Shown here: positions 24,801 through 37,000 of the stretch, one piece after another
Layout of the letters: each line of letters opens with the position of its first letter
Numbering within the stretch: the stretch's first letter is position 1
Source: Oikopleura dioica
Taxonomy: Eukaryota > Animalia > Chordata
Reading direction: 5' to 3'
Assembly (NCBI GenBank): GCA_907165135.1
Contig: OU015566.1
Span: forward strand, 8,928,001-8,992,000
DNA: 64,000 nt
The notes under the pieces: generated by a model
What the model saw: the letters and a program-made list of their open reading frames with translations, nothing else
The model's database searches: none
Told to the model about the DNA's origin: nothing
Translations under genes and position numbers: made by a program

Positions 24801-27800
24801 AAGTTCATCGCGGTAAAAATCGGGATCAAGATGTTTTTGCAAAATTAAAATATCGTAGATAGAAATTACGAAATAATGAGTAAATATGAAAGATCTGTCG
24901 CTACTCGCGAATGAAAATACCTAGTCGGTAACCATATTGTCCGTTGTCTCCCGATGCAGAAATCAAAACTCCGTTCCCAGAATTGGAAGAGAATCGTAGT
25001 GATATAACATCTTCTAGTGTTTTATTTACGAACACCAAATGATTAAGATTCAATAAAAAATATTCTTCTATCATAAGAAATAAGAATAAAGTAGTTTTAG
25101 TTTGCGAATGAAACACTATCCTGTTTCTGACGTGATTCCCTCTCCAGGAAACAGCACCTTGACTTCGTTGTTTCTTCCAAATATCTCGTAATTAGCTAAA
25201 ATGCTCAGAATTGTCCAAACTCTCATTGTTCCTGTTTAAAATTCGATAATTGTATGCAGGCTCTTTGAAAATTGCAAGGGTCTTTTGTAAATCAGCGAGA
25301 GAAAAAAGGAGGACGCAAGCGCGCGTCGCCCTACGCGCTTTCCGAAGATGGATGCCCAGCGAACCTAGTGCGCCACCAATTTTTATTTTTTTTCTGCGAG
25401 GGGTTGAAATTCATTCCCCTGAGGGCCTGTCATAGTTAATAAGACTAACTGTATATTGAGGCAGCTTTGGGCAACCGTGTTTTGTCCGACAAAATAATCA
25501 AAACGTCACGACATGTTAATTTAACTGTTAATTATTATTCGCGTCAGAATCCTTCTCAGTAGAATGAACGCGTTGTTGTTAACAATGTTCAACAAAATAA
25601 ACGTTTTCTCATCAAATGAATTATCTATATGATTTATTAGTAACCATAATAATAATTTAACAATGATATGGTATAAATTTATTGGTTTTACATTCATTTT
25701 GAGATTAAAGACTAACCCTGCCACGAATTCCATAAAGTACCGTCAGCCGTAATTATTTAATGTACGAAAATCATGATAATCTACCTTTGAGTTCGCACCG
25801 GCGACCATTCCAATCCGCAGCTTCTCCCGAACAGCTGCAGGTGAACCCTGCGTAAGGCGAGGGCATGCACTTGGCCCTATTCAGACAAGGATCATTTGCA
25901 CAATCCGTAGATCGACAAGTCTGTGGTGGCTTCGCTTCACAGCATCCTTCTTCCGTTCCATAGGCCCGCTGAGCATATCTTGTGACTGAGAGAGTTCAGA
26001 ATTTCCGTAAGGGCGAAAGGCCTTGAAGAAAATCGTGAACTCTGACTTCGATCGCCTTCTCTCCAAAAGTGACATCTTTGATGCATCCCATAAAGCCTAT
26101 TTGCGCAAAAGCGAGACGCAATTCCGATGGAAAGATGAAGCTTGAAGGAACGACGGCAGTATCAAAACCTTTTAGTAATTGATTTTCAATCTTACAAGTT
26201 TTAATTCTACTCTTTAAAAACCATAAAATTATGTTCGTCTGTACATGTCTAGTTTTTCTTCCGCGCCAAGAATGAAACATTCAATCCAAAATTTTCTAAG
26301 AACCCAGATTAAATCAGAATCCCCTAAGATCTCGAATATATTTATAACAAAATAATGAAAACCGTGCCTCCCAAATAGACCTCTCCGATGCTACCAAGTC
26401 CGCCGATGTTCATCGTGCTAGTATCACCATCAATCGTTACTTTCGCACCAGAGTTATCAGCTAGGATCTTCAATAAGTGCCAGTCCCCGTCATGTAGCCT
26501 CGATGCTTTTGACTGGCTTATTTGGAGATTTCCTTTCGCATCTCTGAAAACGGCGCTAAGTCTTCCTTTGTAGAGTTCAACTGATGCAAATGATCCCTTG
26601 GGAGTATACGCTCCGGAAGTGATGAGAAGAAGGCCTTCGGATTTGAGTGTTCTTTGATGAGAAGCTTATCAATCGGCTTTGACCTGTTGAAATCAAGGAG
26701 GACTCACACTGGAGGCAAGAATGATAAATTTTAAATTTGAATGCTTCTTTCCTGAAAAAGAAGCTGATTGAGAATGAACCAGGGTTTTTGACGAGAACTT
26801 GGGACTGTAACTTCACGAAGCTCTCAGACGTCACAAACGACAAAGTCTTTGCCGTTGTTAGCCTGCAACCAATGGTCGGTTTTCCCTTTAGAACAAAGTT
26901 GCGTTCTTGGCGCTGGTCATTTAGAATCTCATCCGCCCATTTCGAAAGTGTTAGCGGAAGTCCTCCTTCTTTGGTGCTGTACTGGATGTTCTTGAGGCAT
27001 CCGACGAACCTATCTGTCACAGTATTGCCTGGCAGTTTTCTGATCACGTTTTCGGGAGCTCCCGCAACGTAAATCTTGTTGGCAATTTTCAAGTTTGCGC
27101 CATCGATGATTTTTGCATCCATTGTTTGGTTGATATTGTCGACTTGGATCATAACCTAAAGCGATGAAAATTCAAGAAATCCTCAATGAACGAATCAACA
27201 CGGCGATTATACCTGCATGATAACAGCCTGGCTTATCTACGCAAAGATTGGAAAAATGTTAGTAAAGCTTTGATTTTTGGGATGAGTACTTGGAGACATA
27301 GATGAGATCAAGATATTTGACAGCTTACCTCGTTCAGTTTCCGATTGACTCTGAGAGTATGCCAGTTTCCATCGGCGAATGATTTGATGCCAGTCTCAGA
27401 GCTGAGAGATACCGACAACAGATTTTGATAAACAAAGATGTTGAACCTTGAGGTTGGCTTAGAATTAATCGAAAGTTACTAGCACAAGTGTAGAACGAGT
27501 TCAAGCGCATTCGGAACGTTGTTCGTTAGATTAATAATAAAAATAAGCCATTCCGAAGATCACCGTCGATCAAAGCCAAGTTCAGGTAGTCTGTTCCCGT
27601 TCCTGCATGCAAGATAAGACCGGTCTGTGGTAGGATTTTTACATGATGATATTTTAAGGAAATTTTCTAGAGAACAAATAACCCGATCCTGTCGCTGAGT
27701 CTTGAATGAGACTAAAAGTGAGTCTCTGAAACTTGTAATCGGAGTGTCTCTCGCTAGTGAGTACTCCATCCAGTCGATTCCTGTGAAACTTTGTACGGCA

Positions 27801-29400
27801 TCGCCGTCAACTAGAACGCAGATTACAATAATTCAATGCTGTTAAACACAGATCAAGCTGATATTTATATGAAACAGAAATCATTCCATCATTTCGAGAG
27901 CATTACAAATAAATCTCAAATGATTGAGTGGTCGGTTAACTATCTGCGATATGTTTAGTACTGGGCTGGGTATATATAGATGAAGTAAATATCCGCATCA
28001 CAACTTTGGATATTTGAAGCAATCGGTACGAGGCTCGTACAACGAGCTAAAACTTTCGGTGCCTTACACTTTGATATTTGCCGTGCAAGACGAGCGGGAC
28101 GTCCTTAAAAAATTGGTGCAAAATCAAAAGAGTGATTAAGAAAAAAATAGTGCTAATAAGGTGGTTATATGAGTTGTGACTGATGCTACTAATTCTAAGT
28201 GAAAAATAGTAAATAGATTAGGAAGACAAGAATCGTAAATTTTTAATTTTAACCTGTTTCATCGTTTTCATCTTTGATCGTATTAATATTTAATTTCTGA
28301 GATCAATGCCAGAAATACCTTTTTGACAGTAATCACCGCTGTAGCCCACTGGACATGTGCATTTTGGCGGCGCACCTTGCTTACACACGCCTCGATTTTG
28401 GCATGGGTTGTAGAGACAGGCATCTTAAAGAAACTTTTGAGGACCATAAAACTGTTTATTGTTCTTATCGTTTGATGTTAGCAAATCAAAATGCACATAA
28501 GCCGCTAAGCAGCCGTTGCAGCATTAGAACAATTTTTTACCCCGACATGACGATCGGGTACTTTTATCAAAATTCTCACCAGTGATACTCAGTTTCTTGA
28601 CACAATTCGATGGACTCATCATGTCTGGAAAGACAGAAATACTTTTTCGGGTTCTCTAAAACCGTAATTTGACAGAAGGCTGTCCTCATTACGGTATGTC
28701 TATGCTATATTCTTACGCACCAGAGAATACCGTACGTATCAGTTGAATTTATTATGTGATGGGTTGAAAGGAAAGTCCATCCAAAATGTACATTATCTCG
28801 AGTCGAGTGAACCCTTCCTGTTGATCTGAAATTCCCTGAGGATGCCCGAGAAAGAGTCGCGCTTATATACTTTCGGGTAGACAGTATCTGACAATTTCTT
28901 TGTTTCTGGAAAGCCACCGAGGTAAACATCAGACTTTTTGGGCTGAGCTAAATGTACTGTGTGTATTTAATTTAAATCATGCATGGAAGTTTTAGGTGCG
29001 CCTTAAAAGGCCTGAATAATAAATTACGGGCGCGGTTAATCTACAGAGATTCTATGGTTAGTTTCTTACGGGGATAATATTGCATTATTTGATTTTTTCC
29101 CTTGATAATAAGCTATTCTATAATTCAAGAAAGGAAGGAAAATATTGTGTCGTTCAAGGTCGATCCTGAATGAAATAACAATTATGCATTCTTAGCTAGA
29201 ATCAGAATCAACAAGTGGTTTTGCCCAGCCATGCCTTGATATCAATAGGTCGGTCGGTGATGATGCTTTTTGAGTCGCCCTCATCGGTCGTCAACGAAAT
29301 GGAATTGTCATCGAAGGTGATGACAGCCACATGAACGGCCTTGTCCAGTACAAAGCCACCCTTGATCATTTGTATTCTCTTCTTGTCGGCTTTTGTTGCG
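18875..29400 (-). pseudogene. NRXN: 5'-truncated duplicate of the alpha-neurexin-like gene (second half of LNS1 to the PDZ tail)
   Basis: Same exons as 31046-41650, but it begins inside the LNS1 intron, 122 nt from the duplication junction, so it lacks the signal peptide and first LNS1 exon. It has a 1-nt deletion (CCC vs CCCC at 20172-20174) in one LNS6 exon. Pseudogene status is uncertain; it could be an allelic or assembly copy. Confidence 0.6.
23318..23958. mobile_element. Foldback-like gactaggttcgtgaa element in a neurexin intron (left copy)
   Basis: Same terminal, subterminal (ccatttcaatactctggcagaacc) and central (tttactcatttgg...tcccacatttt) sequences as 12210-12904; 15-bp unit tandem run at about 23550-23635. 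Confidence 0.8.
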
Positions 29401-30135
29401 CTTAGCAAATCATATGCACAAAAAATTGACGTCAAATAAATTTTAAGACGTCGTGCTCCTGTACTTTTTCGTATTATAGAGTCTGCTTCTTGAAAAGTTC
29501 AGTTGCGTAGAAAAGATTCGACTGCCGCGTTTCCGTGATTCGTTTTTCTAAATTTCTAAATTGATCAAAAAATAATAAATCAAAATACAGTTCACCCCAG
29601 AGTTCGACTGTGGCTGGGTTTCCGCTTGATTCAACAAAATAAAATAATCCCTGGCATCTTCAAAATCAACGACAAGGCAAAATGAGAGTTTTTGCATTAC
29701 TAAGCAAACCAATAATTGAATAGTAGTTTCGTTTTACGAAAGTGCGAAATTTTATAAGAAAAAAGCAAGTAAAGCTTTTGAACGGAAGCGAAGAATCAAG
29801 AGCTTTGACAGCTTTTGTCATAAACCTTGTCTTCAAGCGGTCGCCTCCGCCCTATTTACAAGATATTCAGAATATCCAATGCACAATATCTTGGACTGGC
29901 AGTATTTAAATTGATTCTCCGCGGGCGGATGCAAATTCTGCAATTTCTCGAATCTACGCGGGGCTAGGCTGCTGTCCTTCCAATCCCTTTTCCCGGGAAA
30001 GAAGATTTTTTTTAAAGTTTTACTTGATTGAAAAGTTCGATATTTTTCACGTTGCTGGTTATAATGTTCCGCTAAAACAAAGAAGAGCCAGTAACTTTAC
30101 ATCGGGCGCAATTAACTTCGCTATTTAGCTCATTT

Positions 30136-30897
30136 AGCGAGTGTTAAATGCGCCAAGTGGAGAGCCGCCAAAGGTCAACTGCACGCACTGAAGTTCTTTC
30201 ACTTCAATTAAGGAACTCTTCGAGAGACTAGCTCAAGAAATGACTTTGAGAATGAAATTATTTTTTAAAAATTAGCGTTCTGATGTCAAAAAGAAACGTG
30301 TTTTCGCCAGCGTGCGCGTTTCTAAAGACAGGAGAAATCTCACCTGTGGTCCAACTCTCGTTACACAACTCAATAAGAAACATCTTCTGGACATATCTTT
30401 CATCCCTTTTTCTCGCGCTTTGCCACGTTGATAAAGCCATGAGATTTGAAAGAGCGTTCACAGAAATCGGCGAAACCGCGCTTCAACCGCGAAGTGACGA
30501 CTTACAGTCAAATTATGGACTAACAATGGGCATGTACTTGCGTAACTCTTTCCTCCTTACGAATCCGCTCTACAGTAATAAAGCTACAGAGTTGCGAAAG
30601 TTGTTTATCAAATTACGGGTCGCTAAAAATTGAACTTGTTGGCATTTGCGAACGTCAGGTAGATGATCACCAATTTGAGCCGTAACATCTATCACGTTTC
30701 ACACTACGCAGTTGCGTCTAAAGCATACAAAGCTGAGAAGAATCTATCAAAACAAGCTATCGTTCTATGAAGAGTGTATCCATCAAGGGATGAAAATTGA
30801 AAGATTAAACTTTGTGGAAAAATTAAAAAAATATTTTTCTTTACAAAAACTTGACGACGGTAGTTATGGCTTCGAAAGAAAAATTGAGATCAAATAA
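30136..30897 (+). CDS. Duplicate of the unknown gene at 17965-18726
   Basis: Near-identical sequence at offset 12171; one visible codon change (MKF to MRF). Confidence 0.35.
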
Positions 30898-31045
30898 TGA
30901 AAATTTATTAAACGAGGCTTTATCCTTGTGTGAGTTGGTTTTGATCAAGTGGCGCTGTCTTTGGAGCATTTCTTCGTTTTTGGCAGCAAGTGTGATTTGA
31001 AGCAGAGTTGTGCGATTCGGAATAAATAAGGGAAAAAGCTAATCT

Positions 31046-34000
31046 TTAGACGTAAAATTCAGAGTTCTTTCCAGGCGGTTGATTTCCTTTTTGAGGTTTT
31101 GGCTTTATTCCCGGCACGACGGCTGGGATGTCGTCTTTTGAATGCCTCCTGAACCTGATAGAGTTGCTTTTCGGTCTTTTTTTTCTTTTCTCTTTACCTG
31201 TAGAAGACAAGTCCCGCGACGATTAGGACGAGCAAGACTCCGGCTGCAAAGGCAACTGTGAAAAATGTTGTTGTTAGAGTAGACGAGTCCGGGTCTTTGG
31301 TCATCGTCGCGTTCGAAAATCCAGCAGAGTCGTTCATCGCCAGGCTATAACTCGTGATTTCTTGGACAAGCGCCGCCGTCGTTGTTGTTGGCGGCTGCGT
31401 AGTAGATGTTGGGATTCTAAAACAAAAGTTCAGCTGAAGATAAAATCGATAGAAGTCCTACTTTGGGTCGAAATTGCTCTCAATTGCAGAGACAGTTACG
31501 TCTCCAATTATCCGCGCGGCCTTTGATTCGCCTTTTTGGACGGCTTCGAGGACTTTGAATTTGTTGAAATTGACCCCGAGGATTTTTCCTTTGAACGGAT
31601 CCAGGATCACATCATTGTCGGTGAGTCGCCCGCCGATCTGTATTTCGGACTGCGAATTGAAAACAGAGTATCTAAGAGCGAATAAATCACATGAATTAAA
31701 TCTCGTAGAATACTTGTTATTTCCTGACGATGTGACAGCAGGTAGATCATCGACAATCATTGTTGCATTTGATTCAACTCTTTTGATTCGTATTTGATGA
31801 TATTGCCCATCGTCGATTCTCCTGTCAATTGATAATAAAACAGACTTTCTGAAAATATCTTACTTCGGATATTTCATGGTCGTTTCTCCGCCACCAATAT
31901 CATAAACAAACTTAGGCCTTCCATCCTCCTACAATGAAATTAAAGCGAAGAGAAAAGAAATTCTCCAATCTGACTCTCGATGAAGGTTCACGAGAGGAGA
32001 TTGAGTGTTTATCACTGTGTGTGCTATAAAAGTGATAGTAATAAGAAATGAAATGAACACTTACAAGCAGCAGAGCCATGGTGTCAGGTGACTTAGTTAG
32101 CATGGATGAGAGAACTCTGACAAAAGCTAGTCACGCTCCTGTCGTGTTAACGACTTCGTAACACGGCACGATGGAAATATTTTGTGTTTAAAGTGCGTTA
32201 AAGTCCGGTACGTTTCTAAGTAAGTTAAGGATCCCTAGCTCAGGATAGTACCAGAAGGTTGCGAAGTGATAACGTGAACGATAAACTGGTCCTCTGCGGT
32301 GGTGCCGTCGCGCTGCTCGTTCTTGTAGGGCGAAGGCACGTTCCCCGAGTCCTCGAGGCGGAAAGAAACAAGCCCCGAGGCAGACGAGAAGTTCGCCACG
32401 CAAGTTAGACTATCATCTATCGACAATGCTGAACAAAGTGTAAAAATCCGCCTTTTCTTTCATTTTTTCGGCGTCGCAAAGTAAGCGAAAACAAGCCTAA
32501 TCTCTTCCATGATTTCAAAATTTTGAAATCACTCTCAAAATTCGTTTTTTTTCGCTCACTCTACGAGTAGTGTAGTTTAGTAATATAAATAGGCTGTTTA
32601 TATCGCGTTGGTTACAACAGAGCTTAAAACAATATTCTTGTTGGAAAACCAGAGCCAGCATTGTCGAGAGCAAAATCTAAGAGGCTAATTGAGAGGCTAG
32701 TTTGGGCATGCGACAGAGTTGAAATATTATTCTCAATATAAAGGATGAGAAAACGATATAGACATAAAGCTATATCGTTGTCATAATATTTCGTCAAATC
32801 AACACCAGAGGAGGGTGATTGTAACTGTAACCTGTCCTGAACTGTATATTGTTATTGAATATACTCACCGAACTGCCTCTGGTGGTGATTTTTGGAATGT
32901 TTGTGAATGAGAGGTTACGGGTTAACTGGAGAAGGGGTGAGTTGATGAAGGCGATTTTGCTCGGGAATGCTGACTTACGAGAGTGAGCTTGAGGGCGTCG
33001 TTAGTGCCACTTGATGCGACAGACAGAATGGTCTGCACGGTCGCCACGGTCCCGGTTTCGTTTTTTGGCGAACGGAGTCCGGAGATCGGCTCGGTGTTAG
33101 TGACTTGGGCCGTGTCCTTATCGGGCACCTGGATCAGTACAGAGATCAGGTCCGTGGAGAGCGAATCCTCCGAAGGCAGCGGCACGAGCACCACTGCCCT
33201 GGAAAACTCGCCGCGCCCGCCAACCACTAAACATAGAAATCGTGTTTACCTCAGAAGAAAATTCAAAATGTTAGAATTTTAAATTTTCGTCAAAAGAAAT
33301 ATAATGGCTGCACTTGGTGCGCGACTGTAGGTAAACTGCGGAGTGATTGATTTGATTTATTCAAGTTACTTTGTCAAATATGGATGAAAAAATGATGGCG
33401 CAAAATGGTCATACAATATTTAACAAAATAATATAAAAAATCAGGAAGATCGCCGGGAACTGCGCTCGCGCGCTGCCGCCTAAAATTCCGTAGTAATCAG
33501 ATTTCTATTTTTTTCGCGCTTTGGCGGAAGAAATAATATTTTCCCACTTTTAGGTTTGCCCATTTTCGAAAAGGTTTTCCAGTGACAAAATATTGATTAA
33601 TTAAATTTCACTATTTTTGCTTAAAATTTAGCAAAATTTCGTTCGAAATTGCTCATGCGGCGCACTTACTCTCCGCTCTAAGTTTTGAGTATTCTAAAAA
33701 TTAACGAAATCGTAAATCGTCACTCGGAAATTTCGAGCTGAAAAAAGCAAGCTGATATTTACGTTTTGTGCAGGTATCACCAATAAAAGAAGTTCCAGAG
33801 CAATCGCATTTTGGCCCATCCCAGCCTTGTCTGCAAAGTCCACCATTTTTGCAGTAAAATGCACTGATCCGTGTTCGATTTTAGCTTTTAAATAACTTTT
33901 GTTTATTCTATCGATATTAGTCTAAATCCAAGCGATAAAATATGCATAGATTCCCTCTTGTAATAATAAAATAGACAAGTTGGCGGCTAATCGCGCTCAT

Positions 34001-37000
34001 AATCTCCCATATGTCGTTTTTTGACAAGAGACATATGGCTTCTCTTGAAAAAAATCTTACTGTCTTATTGATTATTTTCCAGCATTCGAGCACTTCCTGC
34101 ATGCGACCAGTGGCCCGCTGCATCCTTTTTGAATCTGTCGCGCTCGTCGTTCAAGGAACATCGTGTTCCCGTTGAGTTGTATTTTACCGACGCAGCCGAG
34201 GAAACCTTCTGTTGACGTTACAGGTGAGCCCGTGGTTCCCCAGAGGTATTTTGGCAGTCCACCGACGAGGACCGCACTGTTGTCCAGAAAGCCTTCCCAT
34301 TTTCCTTTTGGCCCAATGTTTCGTAAAGGCAATTGCTCGGCTTGGCTGCGTCCTGGTATCTCGGTTAATTTTCGCCTGTATATATATTTACAGACATACA
34401 CAAATGCATTAATTATTGGCTCGTTTTTAAGAACGAGTCTACTGTGCTAGTGAAACTTGTTAAATTTTGACCGTTCCTTTATCAATATTGATATCCCAGG
34501 CTGAAGAGCGGTCCCCAACAGAGCCTTCTAGATCCGAATTCAAAAATTTGAAAATTCAAGGAGGATTTCAGTTTGAAATCAAGGAGGAGAAAACATTTTT
34601 GAACATTTCCTGTTACGTCTATTTGAATTGAGTGCCAATCGTTGTCGCTTATGACTTTATTTGAAGTCATCACTTGCGGCGCTCTTCTTTTTAATTTCCA
34701 AATCCAATGAACTCTTCCATTCACGATTTCCAGGATGGCCCAGCTAACATTCGGGTCTTTTGCTGTCAAAAGGTTCAGCGAATTAGCAGCGGACAGTGTC
34801 CAAATAGGCATGTTTTTAGAGAATCTGACTTTGCGCGCGAATGTTCTACAATGGTATTCTGCAGTAAATATGCAGAGGATATATAAATGCGCGACCTTTG
34901 CCTTTCTTATTGATCTGGTCGAGGATGAGCGTTCGTTCATCCTTATCAATTATTTAGCAAACTAAAATATATGTTGCATCAATACCTGATTAACAAGATC
35001 AGCTGGCCCCGCCCAAAATATTAATCCGTCTTCTTCTGTCGTTCTAAACAACAATCATTGTCTGTAAGAGAAATGACTTATCGCGTCTGTACCTGAGCTC
35101 AATCTGAACTTGATACTTCCGCGAGCTTTTCCAAAGAATATCTGCGCGGATTTTGCTGTCAGTTCGTTGAAATGCTTCACGAGTCAGAAACGTAAACGGA
35201 TTTGACGGATTTGGCATCTTTGAAGGACCAACAAATTTAAGCAAGTATAAATATTTATTTGAATATGTCAGATTCCGGTCTTAAATAATACTAAATTACT
35301 ATTAGGCGACCGCATTTCGAGCATTCAATAATTAAATCAAGGAAAATCATTTATAATGAATCAAAACATCGCTCAAGAGCTGAAACAGCTCTGACAAGAT
35401 GAGCTGAAAACACGGCGAAGTCCTTCTAGATAAACAACAGGCTTGTCCTGAATGGGGCAGTCTTTCACGTGGTCCGGAATTTTTAAAATAGCCAGATTTG
35501 GTGAGAGGGGTGACCAGTTTCTGAGGACTAGGTTCGTTAGATTAAGTTCGTGGATGCCATGTTGGAAAATATGCTTCGTTGGACTAGGTTCGTGGAATTT
35601 TGGTTTCATATGTTTTTTTTGTATCTTCACCATTTTCGACCAGTAAAGGAAATGGGCTGTTGACTTGGTTCGTGGGAATAGGTTCGTGAGTTTTTAAATA
35701 GTAAAGATTTTCGGTCAGTAAAGGAAATGGGTTGTTGACTAGGTTCGTGGGACTAGGTTCGTGACTTTTTAGTAGTAAATATTTTCGGTAAGTACAGGAA
35801 ATGGCTTGTTGACTAGGTTCGTGAGACTAGGTTCGTGTAGACTAGGTTCGTGAGACTAGGTTCGTGAGACTAGGTTTGTAGAGACTAGGTTTGTGAGACT
35901 AGGTTCGTGAAGACTAGGTTCGTGAAGACTAGGTTCGTGAGACTAGGTTTGTGAAATTTTACTCATTTGGGATATAAAATCCCACATTTTGCTTATTCAA
36001 AACCCACGAACCTAGTCCCACGAACTCTTTCCTTGTTAAATATTTACCATTAAAAAAGTCACGAACGTAGTCAATAACCTATTTCCATTACTGACCGAAA
36101 ATCTGTTCCATTTAAAAACTCACGAAGTTCGTGAGTCACGAACCTAGTCCAACGAACCTAGTCAACAACCCATTTCCTTTACTGCCCCAAAATATAGCCC
36201 CATTTCAATACTCTGGCAGAACCCACCACGAACATTGTCCCGCGAACCTAGTCCTCACGAACCTTGTCGTGATTCCCGATTTTGTTTGAATTGAGCTTGT
36301 TTGAATTTCGTTGAGGAAAATATTTGTCCATAACTTATGGACCATAAGGTTTCTAAGACATGTCTTATATTGAAGAAAATAGCTTCATCAGTTGATCCAT
36401 TCCTGAGTATTGATCTTTGGCCGGTTAGGCATCGAACAAGTGAAACCGTCCGGCAGCGACTTTTGTTGATCTTGCGCCGCTCGGCATTGTTCGATTAGCT
36501 CGTTTCCGTTGAATTTTAGCTTTTGGATCGTCCCATTAAATTGTGGCTTGGATTTGCCGGCTCCGATGACAAAGTTTTGAAGCTTCATCTTCTCCACCAT
36601 CGTTGAGACCTCAACCTTGCTATCGCAGTTGGGCACCTTTTGGTCGTTGCTTGTCCGCAATTCAAGAGTGGCCACTCTTTTGTCACGCCTAGCGAAAGTC
36701 TCCATATGATTATTTCAACGCGCCCTAAGTACATCCTTCTAATAAGCCGTGGCTTCGAGGGGCCTCATTTGTCAATCGGGCATATTATTTCAAACCCCGA
36801 TTAACTGTTTAGATACAGTACTGATCGAATAAACACCGAATAATGAATATCGAGTGACATTTAAATGCAGAGTGAGACAAGCAAAAAACAGACATTCTTA
36901 CTCAACCAAAATTGAGGTTTACAAATAAGGCATTATAAATTGCATACATAAAAGGTTGGTGGAGACTTTTTCCTGATCATAATGGTCCGCCACTGGCCAT

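Larger units (their letters stand above)
17351..29522 (+). repeat. Tandem segmental duplication, left copy (about 12.17 kb)
   Basis: Sequence from ctgccgcgtttccgtgattc (17351) recurs at 29522; duplicated ORF-track entries are offset by 12171-12252 nt. Confidence 0.97.
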
